From the NCBI RefSeq assembly GCF_947487575.1, contig NZ_CANKXG010000002.1, forward strand, positions 167,179 to 231,178: a DNA stretch of 64,000 bases, given 5' to 3'. This DNA comes from an uncultured Algibacter sp. Its GTDB lineage: Bacteria > Bacteroidota > Bacteroidia > Flavobacteriales > Flavobacteriaceae. Made by a program: the position numbers and the translations under genes. The notes beneath the pieces are model-generated. The model saw only the letters and a list, made by a program, of their open reading frames with translations, did not search any database and was not told the origin of the DNA. Below are positions 11,201 through 18,069 of this stretch, in pieces (the stretch's first letter is position 1; the number at the start of each line of letters is the position of its first letter).

Positions 11201-11448
11201 TTGAATCGTTTTACAAAAATATAGATGCTGAAAAACCAAAAGATGAAGCACTAAGATTAGCAAAACTAGATTATATAAATAATACTGAAGGTAGAACGGT
11301 TGCTCCAAAATTTTGGGCGGGATTAGTTTTAATGGGAGACGCTACGCCTATTGAAATCTCAAACGGCATGCCTATTTGGCAATGGTTACTTATTATTGGA
11401 AGTATTGTACTCGGAATTTTCTTTTTAAACAGATATAAAAAACGCTAA
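8236..11448 (+). CDS. TPR + CHAT (caspase-like) protease, exported and C-terminally membrane anchored
   Basis: Signal peptide, TPR array, IIIPDG.L, catalytic HIGTHA (His 10924-10926) and LTACETG (Cys 11068-11070), SLWKV, FWAG, C-terminal TM plus basic tail. Confidence 0.9.
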   Translation: MNLRYILFALITFVYVQIHSAQNTSTTDLNYVKELITVDSLSKAETEIVSQISIFKSKNNHDTLVHYIYTLGKIQILKNAPIDKAILLSETISKVTTSKITLSKLNLELAKLYFEKGNQSEAYQYAKKAKMFAEGLTNKSLLLEAEYYLGDYSMKLGNITNLENHIRAANSLIKKNKDKPYAYTARVLNLMGAVMFFSSKQDSAVYYFENALKNINNLPNNIENQLYLPAAIKGNLFLIKLNQGKHSESRKLVEESLILNQKFLNQTNNHPLLKRVKRNIALGYTNLSSLYFDLGDFNRSDQITQLSLGFAKENFLPKTEEYFLTTLAVAEVKHAKLELKKALIYLKEAEACLDNMPQENNQLRAYLYNDYGSTFYKMKNYEKALFYFEKSNTFHEKSNPDEYDSNRLYQTMNFGILLGKTGQKEKAIDYVTNAYNYVVKEKRQNNYLENVLILTLATINFDCNDYEQTIKWCNKSFNIYNKNSKNKGYDKLLFEEKKAELILLNAKSKYHLNQDKSVTFLKSLLLEIEEAILILENRKSIISSLESVNTLLEENKSVFDFAKKLNLELYNLTEDSAYLTKVVSLHESALYNRIRSRLNINKGTSFADVPLEIIAKENEIKNKLNIKIEEQDSQETAIENIVKSNVEWREFLENIKKNHPKYYKMRYGTIGESLAFLQDDINENTSVLRYFFIDDALYVYLLKRESQKLFKLDHKLIKKHIDKLNENQSQLSETSDVLYELYQSLWKPFEDEITTKNIIIIPDGNLYNISFETLTPKKIKTFKDLATNSLLANYNISYNYSLYLLGQYENTTSYKNKFIAFAPEFNDEMKKNYKLAITDSLSYDKTYLTLLQQPFNVDLAKAYAKLFDGNYFLNENSTERIFKQNASEHKIIHIGTHAESNNISPELSRLLFAKNVSNDNEDGFLYAYEIYDTSLNSNLAILTACETGKPSYQAGEGMISLAHAFNYAGSESILTSLWKVDERSTAEIIESFYKNIDAEKPKDEALRLAKLDYINNTEGRTVAPKFWAGLVLMGDATPIEISNGMPIWQWLLIIGSIVLGIFFLNRYKKR

Positions 11449-11810
11449 GCCCAACAAAACTGAAATTGTTGTTTAAATTAAAAAACATATCTTCAATACT
11501 ACTTGGAGTTCCGACAAAGTCGGAATCAACGATTTTCAGAAATAATAAGCTAAAAACATTGTTAAAAGCCTAAATCTAGGATTAAAACTCTAAAGTCATT
11601 AAAAAAACTAAAACATTAATGTATTGGCTAATGGTGCGCAGTAATTTCCTAATAAATCGTTTTGATTTTTTGGTTCGTTTTGCATCAAGGCAAAATGAAC
11701 AAAGTGAAAAAGAGAATCTTGTAACTAAAATTAAACGCCAATACTATTATTTGATAATTGTTTTTTTGTATCAACCAAAAAAAAATAATTAACAAATTCA
11801 TAAACTTCCT

Positions 11811-13580
11811 TTAAGCCACTTCCTCCTGTAAAAACTGAACTTCATACAAGTTCCTGTAATACCCATTTTCCTTTTTAAGCAGTTCTTCATGTGTGCCTTG
11901 CTCAACAATTTTGCCAGCATCCATAACAATAATTTTATCTGCTTTTTTAATGGTTGCTAAACGGTGCGCAATCACGATAGACGTTCTGCCTTTGGTAATT
12001 TTATCAGTCGCATTTTGTATGAGTTGTTCCGAATATGAATCCACAGAAGATGTGGCTTCATCCAACACCAAAATACTAGGGTTAGTTACATAAGCACGTA
12101 AAAACGAAATCAATTGACGCTGGCCAGAAGACAACATCACGCCACGCTCTTTAACGTTATAATGGTAACCATTAGGCAAGGTCATAATAAAATCATGAAT
12201 CCCAATATCTTTGGCAGCTTGATAAACCTGTTCCTCAGTAATCTCTAGATTATTTAAGGTAATATTATTCAAAATAGTATCGGCAAATAAAAACACGTCT
12301 TGTAAAACCACAGCAATCTGCGTTCTTAACGACGCTAAAGTCACATCTTTAATATCAATACCATCAACCGAAATCACACCACCATCAATTTCATAAAAAC
12401 GATTCAGTAAATTAATAATTGTCGATTTTCCAGCACCAGTAGCACCAACAATAGCAACAGTATCGCCAGCTTTCACATCAAAAGAAATCCCTTTAAGTAC
12501 TTCTTCATCTTCCACGTAACTAAAATATACGTCATCAAATTTTATATCACCTTTAAACGAATCGGCAATATGCGTTCCTTTATCATCAATTTGAGACGTC
12601 GTATCAATTATTTTAAAAACACGGGTTGCAGCCACCATGCCCATTTGTAATGTATTAAACTTATCTGCAATTTGTCGTAATGGTCTAAACAACATAGGCA
12701 TAAACATCACAAATGCAATTAAATCACCTTGAGTTACAGAGCTACTTTCAAGAATAATATTTAAACCACCATACCAAGTTACCAAACCTATACAAATTGA
12801 AGAAACCAAATCTGGCAACGGGAAAAATATAGAGTTATACCAAACCGTTTTAACCCAACCTTTTTTATGACGTTCGTTAATGGCTTTAAAATTATCGTAT
12901 TCCACATCCTCGCAGGTAAATAACTGCAAAATTTTCATGCCCGTTAATCGCTCTTGCACAAAACTATTCAAGTTAGAAACCTCGGTACGTACTTCCTCAA
13001 AAGCCTTTTTCATATACTTCTGAAAAATACGAGTGGCGTAAAGCAAAATAGGCAACATAATTAAAACAATACCGCTCAACTTAAAATTAAGATACACCAT
13101 AACTCCAAAAACCACAGCCATGGCCAGTAAGTCTTTAAAAATCATGAATAAACCCTGACCAAAAATATCGGCAATACGCTCCATATCTGTCACGGCGCGT
13201 GTAATTAATAAACCAACCGAAGAATTATCATAATACTTCATTTTAAAATTAAGCAAGTGATCAAAGAGTTTTACACGCACATCCTGAACCAAATTCTGTC
13301 CCAACCAAGCCGCATAGTAAATAAACAGCAACTGAAAAACAGTTTGCACAATCAAAACCCCAAGCATCAATATAATGTAAAACAAAAAGTCTTTAGCATC
13401 ATGCGCTTCTATACTATCATCAATGGCATATTTGGTAATGTAAGGTGTTGCGGCACTAAAAACAGCCAACAAAACCACTAGCAAAATTAAACTAAAGAAA
13501 ACCACTTTATAAGGCTTTATGTATTCAAACAGGCGCTTAAAAAGTTTAAAATCAAATATGTTTTCTTTCTTATTACTCAT
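11811..13580 (-). CDS. ABC transporter, fused permease/ATPase (MsbA-like exporter)
   Basis: 6 TM N-domain, Walker A GATGAGKST, LSSGQRQ signature, LDEATS, IAHRL. Confidence 0.92.
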   Translation of the reverse strand: MSNKKENIFDFKLFKRLFEYIKPYKVVFFSLILLVVLLAVFSAATPYITKYAIDDSIEAHDAKDFLFYIILMLGVLIVQTVFQLLFIYYAAWLGQNLVQDVRVKLFDHLLNFKMKYYDNSSVGLLITRAVTDMERIADIFGQGLFMIFKDLLAMAVVFGVMVYLNFKLSGIVLIMLPILLYATRIFQKYMKKAFEEVRTEVSNLNSFVQERLTGMKILQLFTCEDVEYDNFKAINERHKKGWVKTVWYNSIFFPLPDLVSSICIGLVTWYGGLNIILESSSVTQGDLIAFVMFMPMLFRPLRQIADKFNTLQMGMVAATRVFKIIDTTSQIDDKGTHIADSFKGDIKFDDVYFSYVEDEEVLKGISFDVKAGDTVAIVGATGAGKSTIINLLNRFYEIDGGVISVDGIDIKDVTLASLRTQIAVVLQDVFLFADTILNNITLNNLEITEEQVYQAAKDIGIHDFIMTLPNGYHYNVKERGVMLSSGQRQLISFLRAYVTNPSILVLDEATSSVDSYSEQLIQNATDKITKGRTSIVIAHRLATIKKADKIIVMDAGKIVEQGTHEELLKKENGYYRNLYEVQFLQEEVA

Positions 13581-14342
13581 TTATAGTGTAATGTCTTTTG
13601 GGTATTCAATATGTGTTAAATATAAACCATGCGCCGGAACCGAAAACCCAGCCTCACTCCTATTTTTAGATTTTATAATGTCGTGCAACGCGTCCACTTC
13701 CATTTTCCCTAATCCAATATTAATTAGGGTGCCTACAATGGCGCGCACCATATTTCTTAAAAAACGATTGGCTTTAATCACAAAATGCAACTCATCATCC
13801 TTAACCAACCATTCTGCTTGCATGATATCACAATTATACGTTTTTACATCGGTATGTGTCTTAGAAAAACATTGAAAATCTTTATACTCAAATAGAATTT
13901 TCGCAGCCGCATTCATTTTCTCAACATCCAAACCGTGCTTTACATAAAAACTAGTATCAACGTTAAACACATTTTTTTCAACAGCCACGCGGTACACATA
14001 CGCTCTACTCAAGGCATGAAATCGGGCATGCACATCAGGTTTTACTTTAAAAATATCACGAATTGCAATATCGGCAGGCAAAAAAGAATTTAGTTTAAAA
14101 ATTAAATTCTGAGGTTCAAAAACAGCATCCGTATCAAAATGCGCGAACATTTGTGTAGCATGCACACCAGCATCCGTACGTCCGGCACCCATAATAGAAA
14201 TTGGCGCGCCCAAAAGTGTTGTTAAACCCGTTTCAACAACCTCTTGTACCGTTATCGCATTGGGTTGACTTTGCCAACCATGATATACGCTGCCATTATA
14301 AGAAAGCTCAATAAAATACCGCAATACCTTTGTTTTTATCAA
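13581..14342 (-). CDS. truA: tRNA pseudouridine(38-40) synthase
   Basis: GAGRTDAGVHA, RFLRNMVR, PAHGLYL motifs. Confidence 0.96.
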   Translation of the reverse strand: MIKTKVLRYFIELSYNGSVYHGWQSQPNAITVQEVVETGLTTLLGAPISIMGAGRTDAGVHATQMFAHFDTDAVFEPQNLIFKLNSFLPADIAIRDIFKVKPDVHARFHALSRAYVYRVAVEKNVFNVDTSFYVKHGLDVEKMNAAAKILFEYKDFQCFSKTHTDVKTYNCDIMQAEWLVKDDELHFVIKANRFLRNMVRAIVGTLINIGLGKMEVDALHDIIKSKNRSEAGFSVPAHGLYLTHIEYPKDITL

Positions 14343-14346
14343 ACAG

Positions 14347-14354
14347 CAAAGATA
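14347..14354 (-). promoter_or_regulatory. Bacteroidota -7 promoter box (TATCTTTG) for truA
   Basis: Exact TAnnTTTG match just upstream of truA. Confidence 0.6.
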
Positions 14355-14416
14355 ACTACATTTGGCGGTCCTAAAAAAAGAGGCGTCTTAATTATATATT
14401 AAAAAAAGTTTTTTGA

Positions 14417-14526
14417 TTTGGGCGTTACCGCACCCTTCGACTGCGCCCAGGACAGGCGGTCGGGCTTTCACTACTCACTCCTTCCTTCGTCAGGGAGTTC
14501 AAACATGCCGTTCAATCCCTAACGCG
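14417..14526. repeat. Flavo-1-like structured intergenic repeat, copy A, with nested REP (14435-14456)
   Basis: TTTGGGCGTTACC...GGTCGGGCTTT...CAATCCCTAACGCG, ends shared with 5 other copies. Confidence 0.7.
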
Positions 14527-14584
14527 GGATTATCTGCTAGCTCGTGTTTTTAAAATGTAAGTTGGTTTGTTTTTGGGAAGGTTC

Positions 14585-14716
14585 GTTTAACGTGTTTGTA
14601 TATGGTTTGTTGCGTGATTTAAGCACCTAAATTAGCAAATACAAACCGAATAGAAAATCCGCGAGGATTTTCGTAAGTAGGCTAGAACTAGCAATAAATT
14701 ATATACGGTGTTGGCA
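14585..14716 (-). mobile_element. attC-like recombination site
   Basis: Minus strand: TGCCAAC-ACCGT-ATAT...TTGC...GCAA...ATATAC-AAACAC-GTTAAAC imperfect palindrome, internal GAAAATCC/GGATTTTC stem, directly after the ORF stop. Confidence 0.75.
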
Positions 14717-15723
14717 ATAGTAGTTATTCTAACTTCTTTTTTTCCTCTTCTTCTCTTTCTTCTCTAATTTTTATCTTCATTGGATTTATTACTCTTTCAA
14801 TAAAAACTTCATTATAAATCGGCTCATAATCATAAATTACAATTCTTCGATTTGTGTCAATAAGATTAGATAATAATTTTGAAGCTAAATCCGCAACTGT
14901 TCCTGGTATTTTCCCAAAAGTCACATCGACTATTTTAGGTGTAATAGATAATGTTGTAAGAATACTTTTTTTAATATTAATTAATCCGTTATGTTTTCTG
15001 TAAAGGTTAATACTATTCTGCTGAATGTTTGACAAAGCAGTATTTTTATTAACTTCTTCTTTATCTAATTCTGAATGAGCGGTTTTATAATCTAAAAAGG
15101 GCTTTTCTTTGAAGACTTTTTCAAAACGTTTAAAATCTTCTTTACTCAAATAATGTTTTGTATTCGGTAAATCAATAGTGTCTTGACAAATTGAATTTAT
15201 TAAATATTTAATTGGATGGAAAAGTTCTAGAGGTAGGACTTCTTTTGATTTTTCTAAATCTTGAGTTATTGTACTAACTTTTCTAAATAATGATGTTCCA
15301 GTATTTGAAGCTATCATAATATCTTGAAGAAGCGTTTTAATACTCCATACTTCCTGATATTTTTCGTCTCTATGGTAATCTTCAGGAAGATAATATTGAA
15401 ATATATCTTCTATCGATTTTAGAGCGTTTTCAACTTTACTTTCCGAAATATTAGTTGCTTTTTCTTTTAAGAAATTATAGAGTCTTTTTTCGTGTTTTTC
15501 AGATACAAAATTATTGTAATCTTTCATTGAACTCGTAGCGAAAGAGTCTACGCCACATTGCATTAGATAATCAAATGTTACTGCATAAGTATTGATTTCT
15601 TCGATTTTCAGAGATTCAATAAATACGTCTTCATTAGATATCTGTTCAACAACTGACATTTGACCTAATAAATATGGACTTACATATAATTTTCTGCTAC
15701 TCATTTTCTTCTATTATTGCCAA
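14591..15723 (-). mobile_element. Integron-type gene cassette (1133 bp), solitary
   Basis: Starts TTGGCAAT, single ORF, ends ATTGCCAAC + attC; start and end boxes are complementary as in cassettes. Confidence 0.7.
14724..15704 (-). CDS. Orphan hypothetical protein (cassette gene)
   Basis: 326-aa ORF filling the cassette; no signal peptide, no family recognised. Confidence 0.75.
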   Translation of the reverse strand: MSSRKLYVSPYLLGQMSVVEQISNEDVFIESLKIEEINTYAVTFDYLMQCGVDSFATSSMKDYNNFVSEKHEKRLYNFLKEKATNISESKVENALKSIEDIFQYYLPEDYHRDEKYQEVWSIKTLLQDIMIASNTGTSLFRKVSTITQDLEKSKEVLPLELFHPIKYLINSICQDTIDLPNTKHYLSKEDFKRFEKVFKEKPFLDYKTAHSELDKEEVNKNTALSNIQQNSINLYRKHNGLINIKKSILTTLSITPKIVDVTFGKIPGTVADLASKLLSNLIDTNRRIVIYDYEPIYNEVFIERVINPMKIKIREEREEEEKKKLE

Positions 15724-15772
15724 TACAAAGATAAAGTTCCGTTTCAATGAACTTTATCGATTGTTAAACGAA
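15718..15772 (-). mobile_element. Upstream att-like site (TTCGTTTAAC, 10-bp hairpin, A|TT junction)
   Basis: GATAAAGTTC (15730-15739) / GAACTTTATC (15749-15758) perfect inverted repeat; GTTAAACGAA at 15763-15772 mirrors TTCGTTTAAC at 14582-14591. Confidence 0.55.
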
Positions 15773-15800
15773 GTTAGTTGATTTTTTTGACAAAGTCAAA
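15769..15800 (-). promoter_or_regulatory. Putative sigma-A promoter reading into the cassette (TTTG-N20-TAACTTCG); second -7 box TATCTTTG at 15726-15733
   Basis: Matches Bacteroidota -33/-7 consensus with one mismatch and 20-nt spacing. Confidence 0.5.
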
Positions 15801-15881
15801 GAAAATTCCTCAAAAACATTTACAACTGATTAAAATTAAAACCAAAATCAATAGCATTAAATTCCTGCAACATGGGAAAAC

Positions 15882-15911
15882 AAAAAAGCTCCAGCGTTAA
15901 CTGAAGCTTTT
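15882..15911. terminator. Intrinsic terminator after the NRAMP-like gene
   Basis: AAAAAAGCT..CAG...CTG.AGCTTTT hairpin flanked by A/T runs. Confidence 0.55.
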
Positions 15912-15951
15912 AAATACATTTATAATTTTACTATATGTTTACCAGTTTACA

Positions 15952-17205
15952 CTAAAAAATTACAACCCAGCCATAATAAAGCGCTAAACACGACAAGAAA
16001 AAGATGCCAGCATAGGTTAACAATTGTAATCCTCTTTTGGGTTTATAAGCTTCCGGAACATCGCTACTCATTACATTTTTTAAGTTCATATAGCCAACAA
16101 TTGGCGCCAACATAAATGAAATAGCAGTTGCAACAGCTAGAATTAACCCCATATTAGTACTTAAAGTATACAACACCATAATGCTGATAACAGATATAAT
16201 AATGATACTAGCGGCATAGTACTTTTTCCCTGTGAATTTTTCATGCTCTCCAACGAGCAGTCCTGTAATATCAACGCCAACTCTTGCAACAGCATCAACT
16301 GCGGTTAAGCATGTGCTATACATGGTGGCAAAGGCAGACACCGCAATAAAAACGTAGGCCCAATTACCAATATGCGTTGTAAACAGGTTTATAACTTGGT
16401 CTGCAAAGGTTACGGCATTTCCGCTTAATTCGGTTCCGGAACCATAGAGTGTCATGCACCCAATAGCTAGAAAGAAAATGGCAAGCACAGCAGTTAATAA
16501 ATAGCCTGTATTAAATTCTTGAAGTGCGTCTTTAAGTGGTGGTTTATTCTTGTCCACTTTATACTTTTCTGCACTCCATAGGCTTAGCCAACTACTAGCT
16601 TCAACAGCGGTAGGCATCCAACCAATAAGTGTAATTAGGAATAAAATACCAAATTCATCAAAAAGCTCAGGCGGATTAAAGTTAACTATGGCAGTTACAG
16701 GCCCTGCATTAATTACAAATAATGTGGTTGCCAACAAGGCAACAAATAGAATAGGAATTAGAAATTTTAAAGTGGTCTCTAAAAGTTTATACTTACCAAT
16801 AATTAAAATAATACTATTAAGTACAAATAAGCAAAGCGCAACCGTAGTTAACGACACACTTTCTATTCCAAAAAGGTTTATTAAAAGTCCTGCAGTAACA
16901 GCACAAAGCGCGGCAGGACCAGCGAAACTTGTAGCTAAGGTAATAAACGCGTAGCCCCACAAATAGCCTTTACCTCTGTTAAGGTAGCCTTCAATAATAC
17001 TTTTGCCTGTAACATTAGTATAACGAATTCCAAACTCGAAAAATGGATATTTTAAAACGTTAGCCAAAATAATCGGGATGACCATAAACCAACCATATTG
17101 CGCTCCAGCTTTTGTTGAAAGCACCAAATGCGAGGTTCCAATAGCCATACTTGCGAATAATAGTCCGGGACCAAGGTTTTTTATCAGTGTTTTAAATTTT
17201 GACAT
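15952..17205 (-). CDS. NRAMP/MntH-like (APC superfamily) divalent metal or solute transporter
   Basis: GPGLLFASMAIGTSHLV...GAQYG N-terminal motif, about 11 TMs. Confidence 0.75.
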   Translation of the reverse strand: MSKFKTLIKNLGPGLLFASMAIGTSHLVLSTKAGAQYGWFMVIPIILANVLKYPFFEFGIRYTNVTGKSIIEGYLNRGKGYLWGYAFITLATSFAGPAALCAVTAGLLINLFGIESVSLTTVALCLFVLNSIILIIGKYKLLETTLKFLIPILFVALLATTLFVINAGPVTAIVNFNPPELFDEFGILFLITLIGWMPTAVEASSWLSLWSAEKYKVDKNKPPLKDALQEFNTGYLLTAVLAIFFLAIGCMTLYGSGTELSGNAVTFADQVINLFTTHIGNWAYVFIAVSAFATMYSTCLTAVDAVARVGVDITGLLVGEHEKFTGKKYYAASIIIISVISIMVLYTLSTNMGLILAVATAISFMLAPIVGYMNLKNVMSSDVPEAYKPKRGLQLLTYAGIFFLSCLALYYGWVVIF

Positions 17206-17347
17206 AGTTAGTGGTTAGTTTAAGAACTTGAACAAGTTCGACATTTTTATGAAAATGACAAAAACTGATATCACCAATGGTTTGAATACGCTTAAAACAT
17301 TAACCTATAACTTTTCCACCAAAATTAGGCTTACTGCCAAAAAAAAA

Positions 17348-17390
17348 TGCCTGTTGCGTAGAACAAACAATTCATTTTACGCAACAGGCA
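17348..17390. terminator. 13-bp inverted repeat, probable terminator
   Basis: TGCCTGTTGCGTA ... TACGCAACAGGCA downstream of the NTF2-like gene. Confidence 0.55.
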
Positions 17391-17409
17391 AATTATAGAA
17401 CACTTCTTA

Positions 17410-17895
17410 TTATTCGTTTTTGTTTAATGGTGAATGATGCTCATGGACCATTTTCCAACCTGCCTTGGTTTTAACAAAAAGTAACGTAATTTGATCGTTA
17501 ACAACTACCAAGTCTTCTCCAAACTTCAATTGAAAATCGGAATGAAAAGTAAGATTTGCAACATCACCGTAAACGGCAATTTTTAAATCTTTCGCATCGA
17601 ATTTCACGACTTCGGTTACTGCACCAAAAACATTACGTTCGTGAGTTTCATTTGCCTCACCTCCGTTTCGTGGTTCTCCATTCTTAAATTCTGTAAACTT
17701 TGGGCCATACGCATGATACGATATTAGCTTATCTAAATCACCATCTTTAATGCTTTGAGCAATTGCCCCAAAGGTTCCCATAACTTCTTGTTGTGCCTCG
17801 GGAAACTCATCGTTTATAAGATCCACTTGTGCGTTGCAACTAGTCCCAAAGCATACTAAAAACATAATACTTACTACTGTTAATTTTGATTTCAT
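17410..17895 (-). CDS. Exported NTF2/SnoaL-like (DUF4440) protein
   Basis: Signal peptide; D.KIAVYGDVA, T.LF.K...GWK.VHEH.S pattern. Confidence 0.75.
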   Translation of the reverse strand: MKSKLTVVSIMFLVCFGTSCNAQVDLINDEFPEAQQEVMGTFGAIAQSIKDGDLDKLISYHAYGPKFTEFKNGEPRNGGEANETHERNVFGAVTEVVKFDAKDLKIAVYGDVANLTFHSDFQLKFGEDLVVVNDQITLLFVKTKAGWKMVHEHHSPLNKNE

Positions 17896-18069
17896 AATAT
17901 TTAATTTAATGGTTAAAAGATTGTTTTAATTACAGTACAATTTTAGAGGATATTCTAAATTATGGCATGCACTATTTTTTCAAAAACTAGGACAGTTTAT
18001 GAAAATTATAGAATTTGAAGATGGCGTTTTGAGTAACAAATTGCCTGTATATAGGACTTTTACGCTATA

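Noticed and set aside
11449-11810. 360-nt intergenic gap after the CHAT gene as a hidden gene or sRNA
   Set aside because: Only isolated hairpins (11509-11525 and about 11672-11702) and A/T runs; no credible ORF or recognisable RNA motif.
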